From: the human T2T-CHM13v2.0 reference genome, Homo sapiens
Length of the DNA: 64,000 bases
Assembly: GCF_009914755.1 (NCBI RefSeq)
Contig: NC_060940.1
Reading direction: 5' to 3' (one strand)
In this document: positions 47,911 to 63,630 of the stretch, piece after piece
How positions within the stretch are numbered: the stretch's first letter is position 1
Layout of the letters: every line of letters begins with the position of its first letter
Position numbers and translations under genes: made by a program
Notes under the pieces: generated by a model
Told to the model about the DNA's origin: nothing
Seen by the model: only the letters and a program-made list of their open reading frames with translations
The model's database searches: none

Positions 47911-48734
47911 TTATTTGAATGTATGTGTTTTATTTTTTTTTTAAAGCTACTATGCTGTTAGGACATAAATATTTAAGTTGTTTAGACAACTGTGAGGTTT
48001 TTGTTTTGTTTTGTTTTGTTTTGTTTTGTTTTGCTTAAGGGGCACCATAAAAAAGTTACCGACACTAAGGTGCCATGAACTAGGAAAGTGGGGCGTTCGA
48101 GCTCTGTATCAGGCATGGTTTTGGGTGATGGCAAAACAGCAGAGAATATCACAAAGTCCCTGTCCTCGTGGAGTTGACAGTCCAGTGGGGGAAGCAACAA
48201 TAAACCAGTAAACAAGTGACTGGGCAAGATGTCAGGGAACTGGAATCGAATAAAAAAATTAAGCAGGGCAAAGTATTGATTGCCACCTACCATGTGTGAG
48301 GCACTGGCCTCCCATGCTGTCCTCCCTGTGCCAGGTGCCTGATGGGTGTCTTTCCTCCCTCTCCTCACCCCTGCACTGGGAACAACCTCCAGCTCATAAT
48401 TTGCACTGACAGATGTTGGGTATGGCTGTCTTTCACTTGAAATTTTCAAAGATCTCACAGAGGTCCTGTAGGTTAGCTGTTGTGCCCTGGGGTGCCACAG
48501 CACACAGTTTGGGGAAACCAATCTCAACTATTTATTAAGTGAATGAATACAAATCATGAAGAGGATCTGACATGAGATACAGGAATCAATTCTCAATCCA
48601 TACAAATGCTCAGAGATACCTTGGAGCACTGGCTCACAACACCAGCCCTCACTGCCCTGAGCCTATCAGGCTCTCTGGGCCTCAGTCAACCCAGTGGTAC
48701 ACAGGTCAGGAGCCCACAGTGACTCGCAAGCACA

Positions 48735-50694
48735 CTCCCGGGCTCAAGGGATCCTCCCATCTCAGCTTCTCGAATAGCTCGGACTACAGGTGTGTGCCAC
48801 CATGCCTGAAAAATTGTTTTTGTTCAGTATACACAGGGTCTCACTATGTTGCCCAGGTTGGTCTTGAACCCCTGGGATCAAGAAATCCTCCCACTAATGG
48901 CAGCAGCACCCAGTCTGGAGCGACCGCTGCAAAGATGCCAGCTGCAGTTGGGGAGGCATGGCCAGGGCTGCGCCCTCCGTGGAGCTGGCGGGAGCCGGAA
49001 ACAGGTGGGATCTCTGCCCCCTTCCAAGTTGGCAGGGTGGGATCCCCACCCTCCCCAGCACAGCTGCAGCCACCTAGCTCTTGGGAGCCTGGGAGGCCCC
49101 CCTCTCCTGTCCTCACAGGCTCGGAAGTGCCTGCTCCTGCTGCCTGGCTTCTCCCTGCTCCCAGCACCCTCTCTGATTTTGGAGCAAAGTTGAGGCCAAG
49201 CCCAGACACTGTCATGACCCGGCCAGATGTGCATGCACTCAGGGCAGTGCTGACATGCCAGCCCCCTGCCACCTCAGCCCCCTCCAGACTTTTGGTGCAG
49301 ATGAGCATGGGAGGGACACCAAGAGGGAGCTAAGGGTGGCTCAGCGTGGGCCTGCAGGTGCCCCTCGGCACAAACAGTCTGGGTGCTGTGGATGATATGA
49401 TTGATGGTGGCAGGAAGCAGACAGGCTCCTGAGCAGAAAGGGGCGGGTCCCCAGTGAAGCCCCACGTTCTAGCCAGAAATGGCCTGAAACCTGGGGTCTG
49501 GGCTGTCAGTTCCAGGTGGAGTCCCAGCCCAGAGTGAGAACTTATGGTGCTGTTTCTGGGACCACCCAAGGATCAATCAGTACGCACTTCCTCCCTTCTG
49601 AAGCCCATTACACCAGACTCAGCCAGACTCACAGAGATGTTGGAACTACCAGCTGCAGGAAGGAGCTACCCACTTCGGGTCTCCTGACTCTTCAGGACAA
49701 CCTACCTGTGGAAAAGAGCTACCCACTGTGGGTCTCCTCTGAGCTGAGAGCTGGACACAAGTTAGTACAACCTGTCTGTGGAAAGGATCTACCCACTGCG
49801 GTCTCCTCTCAGCTGAGAACTAGACACTCATGGGGACAACCTGCCTGAGGCAAGGAGCTACCCACTGCAGTCTCCTCTCCACTGAGAGCTGGACCTGCCT
49901 GCAGAAAGGAGCTACCCACTGCAGGTGTCCTCTCAGCTGAGAGCTGGGCACTTGTTGGGCGACCTGCCCATGGGAAGGAGTGGCCCACTTGAGGTCTGAG
50001 AGGTGTTCTGTCACTCATTGAAGCTCCTCTCTGCCTTGCTCACTCTCCAGTTGTCTGCATACCTCATTCTTCCTGGACATGGGACAAGAACTTGGTACGT
50101 GCTGAATGGCAGGACGGAAAGAGCTATGACACAAACAGCACGGAAAAACACTCCCTGCTTACCATGTTGCAGGCAATGAGAAGGACAGAAGAGCTGCAGC
50201 CCTTCGGTGAGCCCAGACCTAGAGGCTCCCCAAGCCAGGGCTGTGACACCTTCCTTGGGGTTCTGTGGTTCCTGGCATCTCCAAGCTTCCGGACACCACT
50301 GCATTCCCCAGTACTCCCAGTGGAAGCCACTTACAGTACACCTGGTCCAGCCACAGCCTCACATGGAACCAGCACATGGAGCTGCCCGCCCCACCACAGC
50401 AGCCAGCATGCCTGGCTGTGTGAAGTGGCCGGACTTCATGCTCACTTGCCTCACGGCTCTGCACCTGGATCACCCTTGGCAGGTATGGGATCCAGGCTGG
50501 TAGCATGAGCCGAGCACAGCCTGCCAGGTCAAGGGTGCAGAACGAGCCCAGCAGGCATGAGCAATATAGTCAGGCAGAAGGCACTGCTGGCCACAGAGGT
50601 TTCTGGCTGGTGAAGCAACACCCCAAGGATCCTGTGACACCAACTTAGGCTCCCAAAGTGCTAGAATCACAGGTATGAGCCACCATGCCCAGCC
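48735..50694 (-). mobile_element. AluJ interrupted by an LTR (pieces 48735-48894 and 50640-50694)
   Basis: Alu sequence stops at atcctcccac and resumes ...ggctcccaaagtgct...cccagcc. Confidence 0.85.
48895..50639 (+). mobile_element. MER52-type (ERV1) solo LTR, ~1.75 kb
   Basis: Starts taatggcagcagc..tctggagcgaccgctgc and ends ccccaaggatcctgtgACA. It has internal ggagctacccact repeats and a 4-bp TSD ccac/ccaa. Confidence 0.88.
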
Positions 50695-51265
50695 AAGGGC
50701 AAATTTTCTAAGAAATGTCGGTGTCCAAACAGGGCCCCTCAGCTCTGCACACCTTAGAGTTGGAGCAGCAGACCTTTCCAAGTAGGAGACCAACAGGCTC
50801 GCCCAAACTCGACAGTCAGGGATTCCCACTTCTGGTGAACAAAGCAGAAAGCACTATGTGGCGGACTCAGTACAAACTCCAATAGGAAAGGAAGCGAGAA
50901 GTGAAGGGTGGATTTGGGGAAAACCAACTGAACACCAAGGTATCTTTTATCCTAAGCCATGACTGCAGCTGCTCTAGTTTGGGGAAAATAAAATCCAACA
51001 GCATCCAGACTACACAGCTCCCATGTCTAAATAACAAAATGAAACATGGGCTCTCTTTTGGCAGCTTTCTTCCCCGTCAGCAGGAGAACTTTGGTAACTG
51101 AGTGCTTTTTGGGGATACAGAGAGGGGAGAAAAACTCTCATGTACTCACGCTGCCAAGTTCACATCAGCGACAGGCTTTATAAAGCAAATGGGGCAGATG
51201 TATAAACCTTGGTGCTGGAAGGATGGACTGGGAGATTAAATGACAGGGTGTGTGCAGCAAAGTAG

Positions 51266-51764
<499 letters not shown>

Positions 51765-52379
51765 TAATTACCCCCCAGTCTCCTGTTCCTCCTCCCCTTC
51801 CCCTTCGGAAGCCAGCTCTCACCCTACCCATGTCTTTGCTAGCACTCGGCCAGTTTCCTCTCTGCTCTCCCAGAGGGTCTGTCCTGCCTTTCTGCCTGCT
51901 CCTGTCTTCAGCCTTCCTCCTGCCCCTTTTTCTCTCAACCCCATTTTCCCCCAACCCCATTTTCCCCCCATTCTCCAACCGTCTCCCTGGACCTCAAGAA
52001 AGAAAGTGCAAGAGAGTGAATGACCATGCTAGAGCTTGCTGTGAGTGCCAGGGCTGGCCGAGCACATCCCACCCCTCCTGCTCAGGAAAGGAGGGTGGGT
52101 GCAGAAGGCCCGGCCCCAAGGGAGAGCCAAGGGATGCCAGATCCTCCCGGTCCACACTTGCAATGCCAGGGTCTGGAGCAGGGACACAGCCTGAGAATTC
52201 CCTTCACCTCCCTCTGCAGCAACTGTCCTGGTCTAGGATCCCAGGAGAGGCCTTGCATCTGGCCTGAACAGAACCTCTGACAGATGGGATGCCGCCCCGA
52301 GTATGACAGGAGGACATGAAAGATGGGAAGAGAGGAGAGGTTGGTGGGGATGCTGAGCCGAAGGAAGAAGCAGAGGTCA

Positions 52380-52500
52380 GTCATGAGGACTGCCCAGGTT
52401 CAAACACCATCCCTGCTACTCCCTGACTGTGTGGCCTTGGGCAAATTCCCTAGCCTCTCTGAGCCTCAGTTTCCTCATCTGTAAAATGGGAACGATGTCC
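52380..52500 (+). mobile_element. MIR SINE core
   Basis: tgtgtggccttgggcaaat..cctctctgagcctcagtttcctcatctgtaaaatggg. Confidence 0.85.
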
Positions 52501-53448
52501 AAAGAACTCAATAAACAGCAATTATTTTGTCATGATGGCAATTCTTACATCTGCACTGTGTATTGGCGGCTCTGAGTGGGTGTCAGGACTTCGACGGAGT
52601 GGGTATCTAGGAGACGCCCCTACCACAACCAGCGCAGAGCCGCAACCCCACCGGGCACCCGTGTCATGCAAGGGAGCCTCAGGGCTGAGGGAGCCGCTTT
52701 TCCGCCTGTGCCAATAAAGAAGGGGCCCTTCTCTAGGCTGCAGAGCTGCAGTGCCCAGAGGAGTGGGGACCCGCCCTGGCCATCTCCCTGTATTTCTCCC
52801 CAGTAATAATCTTATGAACAGGTGGCAGAGGGGTGCCTGGCGTCTGCCTCCAACTTTGCTATCTGACTATTCACTCAACAAATACTCAGCTCTCCCGTGT
52901 GGATCAGTGGGGCATTCAACAGTGACCAAGGACAAGGCAGCCCCTCAAGGAGCCCATTGTCTCCTGCAGGAGACAGACACTGACCAGCAAATTGCACCCT
53001 GGAAGTGTAAAATCACTACTGGAGAAAGAGCTACAAATAACTAAATACAAATATATTCTCATCTTAATATTGAAAATACATTCTTATACTTAATATAAGT
53101 GTATTCCTTCTTTGGAATCGCAAATTTCAGGATGTGGGCGGTGGAGGAGACCAACCCTCATCTCTAGACAGAGAACTTGACACCCAGAGGACAAAGGACC
53201 AAGTTCACTCAGAGCCGCTTAGTGGTAACCCAGGGCTAGAATTCAGTTCTCCTGACTCCAAATTAAAGAAGTGCTTTCCTCTATGCCACAAGGTACATTG
53301 AGAATAGTTCCCTTAGGGGCTACTGTCCAAAAAGAAACCGGGAGGAAGAGGGGCCCCCTGGGTGATTCCAATATGCCTGGTCCGATGCTCAACACTTGAC
53401 CCACACCTAGCACCAGCTCCTCGAGAGGGCATTAAAAGCAGCTACAAG

Positions 53449-53833
<385 letters not shown>

Positions 53834-56800
53834 TCAGACCGTGAACTCCCTGGGCAAAAAAAGCAGAATATATTAGACACCCTCTGGTTGGAATCCTGTA
53901 AATTCTCATGTGTGCAGACAAAGACCAACACAAAAGAAATATCATCAGGAAAATAGGGTGTTTGGGTAATGAGGAATTTTTTTCTCAAAATACAACTAAC
54001 TGTGTTGTCTGAGATTCATCCATTGAATTCTCAGGTTGTAAGACTATAGCCACATGGCCAGATTATATCAGGGATATTTAGATTCTCAAATTGCCCTGGG
54101 GAAAATTAAAGAGACATTTGTAACCATCTTGAGGATGTCCATGCCATTAATTAAATGTTGAATGGTGAGGGAAATGGGTCTATGGTGGGTGCCTGATGTT
54201 CCCATTTTACAGATGAAGAAACCTCCCCATGGTCTGCCCAGACCTGGTCATGCCTCTGTTAAAAGTCTGCTTTGGGCTGAAGATGAAGAAAAGAGAAGCT
54301 GAGCCCCTCAAGGTTCTGGTCAGGATGTGAGTGGCCCCAGGACGTAACTCTCCTTCAGCCCAGAGAGCAAATCTAGGACCCAAGAGCAGCAGTCCAGTTC
54401 ATGTAGGGGGTGGAACCCGCATCTTCCTATAAGCCCTCCCCTCAGCTTGAGCCCTGGGCCCCTCCACCAGGTTAAGCAGCACCCCACTTCCACCCCAGCC
54501 CAGCTGCAAGAAGGAGCTGCCAAAGTTGGTGGACATAAATGAGGGGGCCCTGACACGCGGCCAGCTGGAGTGTGTGAGGGCTGGAGCCAGGCTCTGCACA
54601 CACCAGGCAAAGCAGATTTCCACGCAATCTAGACAGCGGGCGGAATCTACAGCCCAGAAAGGCAGGGGCACGCGAACCACCAACACCGGCTGATGGCTGT
54701 CCTCAGGCTCAGAGGCCCAGCCAGGCCAGCCAAGAGGGTTTACAAGGGAGTCAGGAACACTGGACAGGCTGCCCCCATCTGGGGCCATAACAAGCGGGCA
54801 TCCGGCAGCCCAGCCAGGCACAACAGCTCAAGCTCAAGCTCAGGGCCTCCCTCTGGAAGGTAGCAGCCCCCAAAACTCAACATCTGAAGTTGGAGGAGGA
54901 GGCAGCCCAGGGCAGAATCTTCCCCCATCAAGCAGCATCCCCATCCCAGCAAGTTTTAACTGATCTGCAGCCTTCTAGAGCAGGTCTCCACAACAGATAT
55001 TAACAAGGCACCTACTGTGTGCCAGGCATGGACTAGGTGGGCTCAGCTAGGGATAGAGCAATGGAGGTTCCTGCTCACATGCAGCATGGGGTCTTGAGGG
55101 GACTGAGCAGCAGCCAGGGTCTAGTTCCTTGGACTGACACCCCACTGTCCCTACCAGCTTTGTCCCCCAGGCCCCTGCCCTGGTGCAGTTCAGTCAGAAA
55201 AGGGGAAAGACTTCTCTGCCTCCAATCCTATTCCTCCTTCAGCGCTGTGTATTTCAGGAGAGACCCCTCTGTTCACCTCGATGCCCAAGCCAGGAAACCA
55301 GGGATCCTCCTGGGTTTCTCCAAAATTTAATCCATTTCCACACCTTGTCAACGTGGTCCCTAGGACGGCTCTCGCACACACCCTCTGTTCTCGGTCCCCA
55401 CTGCCTGCAGCACCATCCTCTCCATGTCCCCACCTGCCCACGCCCGTCCTTGACAGGGCATTGGCAGGAACTCTGCCAAGGATGAGTCTGAGGATGCCAA
55501 GACCCCCACCACCCACACTGCTCCTAGAACATAATACAAATGCCCCACCTGGTCCCACCCGTACACACGCTCTGCTGGCTCACCACGCTCCCCCATGCTG
55601 CCTACCACCAATCCCCCCAACATGCCAGCGCCCTCCTGACTTGCAGTCTTCAAACCTTCCGTCTGGATGGCTATCCCCATAATTTCTATTCATTGTTTCG
55701 CCCTCGTTTCCAGTGTCCATTCTTCAAAGAAGCCTTTGCTTCTCTCTCATGCCCCATGCTCTTCCTTCCAGATGCTTCCACGCCTAGAAGATAAACGTAG
55801 CTATTTATGGGGTGGTTTGTCTAGCTGTCCTTCTCCCCCACAGACTGGAAGCTCCACAGGGGGAGAGTCCAGGCCTGTCCAGCTCACTGTTGTATGCCCA
55901 GCACTCAGCACACAGCCTGGCACAAAGTAGGTGCTCAATTAATATGCATTAATTCATATTAATTATGAAAGTCCTGCTGCTTGAGTCTCGGGTAGGCAGG
56001 CAGGAAGGCCAGCCTCGCAACCTTCCTTAGCATCATCCAAAGTGCAAGGCGGGTCTCACAGAGGCTCTGTCTTCCATGCTGGGGCAGGAGGGGACCACAC
56101 CGTCATGAATACCAGGCACGTAGTGGAGGTGACATGAAGCCTCAGGTATCATGTACAAAAACCTTCTGGCCCTGTGGAGCTCACTGCCAGGAAGCAGCCC
56201 TGCAGCCACTCGGAGTACACAGGCCTGCGTACGCCCCACACGGAGGATGCAGGTCCCCTGTCAGTGCCCTCCCAGCCTTTCCTGCCAGACCCACCACACT
56301 TGAGTGGCCTGGACGCTCCAATCACCCCCTCTCCCACCACACCCAGGCTTCCTACCTGCCAGGCTTCCTACCTACCTTACTATCACTGTCCCCTGACCAA
56401 GGCAGACCTCTTCTTCTCATCTCTAAGAGATTTCCCATAAAGACCCAAGTGACTGGCTTCTCTTGGAAATCTAGAAGCCATGGACAGGAACAGATGGAGG
56501 AGCAAGCATGATCTCGACTCACCAGCCCCGCCAGCCTGTACCCATGCTTCCTCACCTCCCAGGCAGAACCCCCATCATCATCAGAACCTGCGATCCCTGC
56601 ACCAGCCTCGCATCCCCATCCCACCTTGGATCGCATGTTCCTAACCATGGAGAAGGCCTCACCTTCTCATCTCTGTCTGCCCCAGGGTCTCCTGCCTGGA
56701 GGGAAGCCCCAGGAAGGGTGTACAGAAGAACCAGATGGCGACACCCCCTCCATGTCTGCCACCTCCCCACATCTGGCAGAGCACCCCTATTTCATCTTGG

Positions 56801-58831
56801 GTACCTGAGTTACTGTTCATACACCACCCCCGTGGTTTGTCCCCTATAGTTTATTAACATCCACTAATAAACAGTGGGCAGGCCTCCCAGGGCGCCACCA
56901 AGAGACCCCTGGCTGGGTGGGCAGGGCCTTCCTTGTCCTGCCCTCTCTCAACACATTTTTCACCATAAGGGAACAATTAGGAAAAACTCCCTCCAGGTTA
57001 TATTTAGGAAGGGGTGGAAGTGGGGGAAGCTTCCTCTAGTAATTTTCATTCAGTTGCACAGGACTGCCTGTCCCCACCTACCCCCGGGCTAGCACTGCAG
57101 GGCAGGCAACCGCCTCTCCCCACACACGGGTGCAAACCAAGCCCAGCCTCTGCCCAGCCCTGATTATGCCCGCGTTTAAAAATAAGATGTGAAAGATGCA
57201 TTATGTAAGACCTGTAACACTCTCCTGCCCACCTCCGACTCTAGAATCAAAGATCTTCATTTCTGCCATCAAAAAAGAATGAAAGAAAGGCAGGAACAAT
57301 GAAAATAGCTGCCCAACATGAGCCAGATCAAAGACATGGGCACAGAAAATGAGGAACCAGGGGGGCCTTTAATTACTGCCTGCATCCTCCGAGTCATGTG
57401 GAGAGAGGGGAGAAGAAAAGTTTTGAAGGCCACCAGGTTCCGTCCTGCTGCGGCTCCTGTTTCCACAGCCAGCACCAGTTCCCGACAAACTCGTGCCTTT
57501 CATTTCCCTCCCTTTTTTCCCTCCTTTTTCTCTGCCCCCCACATGTGAGACAGGACTCCCAGACTCCCCAGTGCTTGACGTCCTCCAGCAGAGAGAGCTC
57601 AGAGGGGCTCCTTGGAGACCCCAAGGGAGGGACACGGCTGCATCTTGGAAGGTCCTGGTGGGTCCCAACCCATCTGCCCTCCCAAAAAACAGCCAGAGGG
57701 CCTCCAGGAGGGACCCAGGGACCCACAGTGGGAGCGGGTGCTGCAGACCACGGTGCGGTTTTTTTTTTTTTTTCGCAAGTCTCCCTGGTTGAGAGGGAAA
57801 AAAAAAAAAACTCTTCAAATTCACATTGGGCAGGGCTCCGTGGGGCAGCAGATCAAACCTGAGGCCCGGCTGTTTGAGCTCAGCGGCAGAAAAAAGGATT
57901 GCCCAGGGACCGAGCTTAAGTAGAAGCTGGATTAAACTTCAAACACAAACTCCTCCTTTTTCTACACAGCAGACAGTCATGGCTAATATTGCAATATGGA
58001 CTCTAAAAATGCATTACAAATAACTTACTCTGGACCCAGACTTGGGTCTTTTGTATCAAGGGGAGGAGCAAGAGAAATCATTTCAACAGAAAAGACATAG
58101 GAGCCCGCCCTCTTGCTCCATAGAGGGAAGCCGCTGGAGGTTTGGGCCAGGGAGGCCAGCGAGATCCCCGAGTGACGGGAACCTTCAGGAAGATGTCTTG
58201 CTGGCAGCCCGGGCGGCTCCCCCGGAGGCTGAATGAGGCTTAGGTCTTCCTAAGTTGGGAGACTCTATGTATATTTTATCAAGGAAGAAATGCCAGGCCA
58301 AGGTGACCAAAACAGCGGTACATTTCAAATGTCTAGTGACTTAAATAATTAAAGCATTTACAGCACTCATGCTCTTAAAACACATCCACAAACAATGGAA
58401 GATGATTGTGTTATTCACGTGATAAATGAGAGACTCAATAAAAAAGGAAAACTTACAAACTCCCGATGCCAGCAGGCAGTGTGGTGGGTGGGGAGCAGAA
58501 GACAGATTTCAAGCTGTAGGATTGGCTTCTTTCAGCACCTCCAGTTACCCTGTGGTTGGTGTCCCATTTCTTTGAGAATGGCCACGCTAGTATCCACTCC
58601 ACGGAAGCTCCTGGGCCAGTGGCTGTCCTCCAGATACTAGCAAGAGCCTAGAGCTGGACCAGGAGCCACCTGCACTACCCTGGCTCCCGAGACAGCATAC
58701 CAGGCACCTCAGGAGATCTTGGCCAGGAGCACAGCCACACAGGTGAGGATTTGGAGGTTTGGGTGTAGGGATGAGAAGGATTTGTTCCTACTGATGTGTT
58801 GATTCATGTGTTTACCCGGGGCATGGGTCTA

Positions 58832-59166
<335 letters not shown>

Positions 59167-59982
59167 GAATTTAGGCCAATATTTGCAAAGATATGCTGCT
59201 TTCCTGAAGTATTTTCAGAAACATTAAAAGCGTGCCCCACACCTCCGTGACCTCCAGGAGGTCGAGGGGTGTCACAGTGTCTGTGACGGAACAAGGATAT
59301 TGCCCTCTCCCTACACTCCACAACACCCAGCCAGAGGCCAAGAGGCCTTGAGAGTTACTGCAAGCAATCCCGTGTGGCACCCCGGGGGCCCCAAAGGCAT
59401 GGTACACCATTGCTGGTATCTCCACACAACTTTACCAAGGTCAGGAACAGGCAGGTGGTACCTGAGGAGGCATCCAGGCTGGAGATGCATCTGGGAGGGG
59501 TGGCTGTCCTTCCCCCGACCAAAAAACCAAGGCAGTCCTCCCTCAGAATGGCCACATCTCTGGATCTCACAAGTCCTGAAAGGCTCCCAGGCAGTGACCC
59601 AGCTCTGCCACCAGATAGCTCAATAGCCAAGGACACTCTCCCAGGTCCACTGAGGATGGTAGCCTGGACTGTTTCACTCTGCCCCACCTGCCATCCCCAG
59701 GAAAGGCTTCCTCTCCACACCCTACTCCACCTCCCTGCACCCCCAGGGGTGTCCTGTTCTACACAAAAGGGCACAGAACCACCATCTACTAAGTGCAGCC
59801 CAGTGTACAAGGCAGTGTGCCAGCCCTTCATGCCCATTACTGCCCTGAACCCTCATCGCCATGCAAGAGAGGCTTCAGTGGCCCCATTTCACAGAGGGGT
59901 AAACTGTGGCTCACAAATACGTTAACTGCTAAAGACTGTGGGCAGAGAAAAAATGTGAACACAGAACTGTCAAGATCCAAAT

Positions 59983-60240
59983 CACTGGGAGGCCGAGGCA
60001 GGAGGATCACTTGGGGCCAGGAGTTTGAGACCAGCCTGAGCAACATGGTGAGATCCCACCTCTAGAAAATAAAAAGCCAAACATAGTAGTGCACACCTGG
60101 AGTCTGACTACTTGGGAGGCTGAGGCAAGAGAATCGCTCATGCTCAGGATTTGAGGCTGCAATGAGCTAAGATCGTGCCACTGCACTTCAGCCTGGACAA
60201 CAGACCAAAACTCTATCTCTAAACAAAAAACAATAATAAT
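59983..60240 (+). mobile_element. 5'-truncated AluJ
   Basis: Degenerate dimer starting at cactgggaggccgaggc. Confidence 0.88.
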
Positions 60241-61148
60241 TCAATTTATCTGCTTTTCTTTTCATGATGTGACATCATCTCCCAGGAATTCTTCAGAGCT
60301 TCCACCCCTATTAATAAATCCCCTTGCAGAGAAAGTACTGACCAGAGGGGTTCTGGAGGAGGCAGCGAGGGGGTACCACTGGGTTACCATTGGATAAACA
60401 AATGGATTATCCATGCCCGACAGGCGGTGCCTCCTGGAAGCCTTATTACACCCTATAGGGGCACACAGAGAGGTACCCCCGAGCGCTCCCAACAGGAGTC
60501 ACTGGAGGATGGGAGGGGGATGGAGACCTGGAAACAAGGAGATGGCAGGCCCGGGTGGAGTGTGGCAGGTAGAAAGAGGCTGCAGCTCCAGAGACAGCCA
60601 GGAGGTCGGTGAGCAAACTAAAGCAACCTGTTTCACCAGCCGCAGGCCTGGGGAGCATGTGGAGACAGGAGAGGTGAGCTCCCCGGCAGCCCATGGCTCC
60701 AGCCTGAGTCCCAGGCATCTGACCAGAGACACTGATGACATCCTTCTCAGAAGCAGCCGTCGGAGGGGGCTGAGCGGCCCTTAGTGGGGAAGAATCAGCC
60801 GACCAGGGCAGAGGGCCCGACAGAGGGAGTCAGACAGGTAGACATAGAGAGTGGGTTCATCTATCAAAGCCCTCGCCCTCTTGGCAAGTTCTGATCTTCG
60901 AAGTTTCCAACTTGTAGCTAGAAAAGTGGCCACCTTCTATGCCCCCTCCCAGTTGGGAGGATGCTGGGGTCTGTGCAAATATTCACTCTGTGGGATGGTA
61001 CAACTTGGTGACCAAGAACTTGGGCTGTTTGATCAGACCGGCATGGGTTTGCCTCCAAGCTCCAACACATCCTGGCTGGGTGATCGTGAGCAAGTTACTG
61101 AACATCTCTGAGCCTCGGTTTCCTCATAGGTTAAAACAGAGGATCCTC

Positions 61149-61536
<388 letters not shown>

Positions 61537-61626
61537 CTATAAGCCTGGGGCTGAGCACTTGGCCTCCTCCTGCTGCTGAGGGACGGGGCGGCTGTGGCCC
61601 CCTATCCCTACACTGCCCCATTTCTT

Positions 61627-61951
61627 TTCTTATTTTGTTTGTTTGCTTGTTTGTTTGTTTATTGAGACAGGGTCTCTCGCTCTGTGGCGCAGGCTGGAGT
61701 GCAGTGGTGCAATCGCGGCTCACTGCAACCTCCACCTCCCAGGCTCAAGAGATCCTCTAGCCTCAGCCGCCAGAGTAGCTGGGTCTACAGATGAATGCTA
61801 CCATGCCCAGCTTATTTTTGAATTTTTTTTGTCGAGACAGGCATCTCACTTTGTGTTGCTCAGGCTCTTCTCAAACTCCTGGGTTCAAGCGATCCTCCTG
61901 TCTCAGCCTCCCAAAGTGCTGGGATGACAGGGGTGAGCCACCACACCTGAC
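61627..61951 (-). mobile_element. AluJ
   Basis: Reverse dimer with TSD ctgccccatttctt at 61613-61626 and 61952-61965. Confidence 0.93.
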
Positions 61952-62554
61952 CTGCCCCATTTCTTATGCAGAGCACTTGACATATGAGGACTTCTTCCCA
62001 TGGGCTATAAGGGGGAAAACGATGAGGCTTTCTCCTTCCCCACTCCTCTCTGGCAGACCCCCAGCACACAGCCCGATGCAGAGCCAAGAGGTCTGCCCCA
62101 GGAAACAACCCAAAAAAACCAGAGTGAAGCCAGGCCCAAGACCCCACCCAAACTGACGTGGGACGAGGGACTGAAGTCCGATCGGTGTTGGACCCAAGAA
62201 CCAGCACCTTAACCCATGCCTGACCCCCACTGCCTCCTTTCACCACGCAGGGTGGAGACTGAGAAGCCTGCAGCCGCCTCGTCCATCTTGCTAGGAGGCA
62301 CAGAAGCCAAGGGAACAGCCACACAGGGGAAAGCTTGGAGAAAGGATGAGGAGGAGGCAGGGGAAGCTACAATCCTGGGTGGACACCCCTGAAGGACAGG
62401 CAAATGCCCACCCACTCACAACATGCTAGACAAAAGGCCACTTTCGAGTTTTTAACATATGCCCACATCTATTCTCTCTATGCAGTCTCTCTGCAGAAGA
62501 CAATATTGTCTCTAGTGTTTAGATGAGAGGTGAAGAATAAGCAAAGATACCTCT

Positions 62555-63120
62555 TACATCTCCATGAAGGCAAGGGCTATTTCCTTCACCCCTGTGTCCT
62601 AAGCTTAGCCTAGCACTGTGCCAGGCACATAGTAGGTGCTTAATAAATGTTTCTTGAATGAACGAGTGAAAAGCAATTGTAGAATGCCTCTGTGAGTTCC
62701 ACAAGGGCAAACATTATGATGTATTCACTTGCTTGGATGAGCCATAGAGTTCATGAATAAATGTGTGAATAAATAAAAAGAGTGATAGCTAACATTAAGT
62801 GCTTATTACATGCCAAGCATTGTTCTGAGCACTTTAAATTGATTAACACATTTACTTCTCCCTCCGGCTTCCCCTTCCTACTTCCCTCCTTTCCATTCAT
62901 CAAATATCTATTAAGCATCTTTATTCCCTATGCTAATAATAGGGGTCCACAGAAATGAGCAGGGTGTGGGAAGAACCCGTGAGTATGAGGTATATGCTAT
63001 CGTTAGTTCCATTTTACAGATGAGGAAACTGAGGCTAAGAGAATTAAGTTACCTGCCCAATGTCACACAGTAAGAAGGATGCATACGTGGGATTAGAACC
63101 CACAGTCAGGCTCCTGGTCC
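62555..63120. mobile_element. L2 3' end (+) and MIR (-) fragments
   Basis: cctagcactgtgccaggcacatagtaggtgcttaataaat, and ccattttacagatgaggaaactgaggct. Confidence 0.75.
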
Positions 63121-63129
63121 TGTCTTATG

Positions 63130-63630
63130 CGTGAATAAGGTTCAAAGGATGCTTATCAATGACCGTGGTGAAATGCTCCATGCTTTTCAGCCTGGCCAGC
63201 ATCTATCCCTGCATTCTGTAGACCAGCCCTGTCTTCCTTGAGCAAACACTCCCTACCCGCTATGTGATTCAGGTACTTCAAGCCTGGCCAAATAGCACTG
63301 CACCCTCCAGCCACAGTGATTGGCTTAAGGATGAATACATGACCAATCCAGGCCAATCAGAGTGAATCCTGAGACCTCATTACACTACAGGAAAGAGATG
63401 CTCTACCTCAGCAAGGAGGCTATGAGCTTGGGGCCACCGGAGGAAGGGGGATTAACTTGCCCTCTTTTAGGAAGAGCCTGGCAGAGAATGAAGCCAACAA
63501 AAACGAAAGCAGAGACAAGAACACTAGAGAGATGAACTCCTAAGGATCCGGCCAGGCCTGAAGGTTTATCCTTAAGCCAGTTTGAGATGCGACTCTATTC
63601 CTTGCAAATGAAAGATGCCTGCCCAATACT
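63130..63630 (+). mobile_element. Ancient MaLR/ERVL LTR (MLT1J-L/LTR16-like)
   Basis: gccacagtgattggc..gaccaatccaggccaatcagagt...cttaagccagtttgag..cttgcaaatgaaaga. Confidence 0.6.

Noticed and set aside
48572-49333. 253-aa ORF
   Set aside because: Composite of Alu and MER52 LTR sequence.
49630-49995. Regularly spaced ggagctacccact repeats resembling a CRISPR array
   Set aside because: The units are degenerate, the spacers resemble one another, and all lie inside a MER52 LTR in primate DNA. There are no cas genes.
55937-55966. AT-rich inverted repeat aattaatatg...catattaatt (also the palindrome near 24645-24660)
   Set aside because: Low-complexity AT sequence in old repeat relics, likely by chance.
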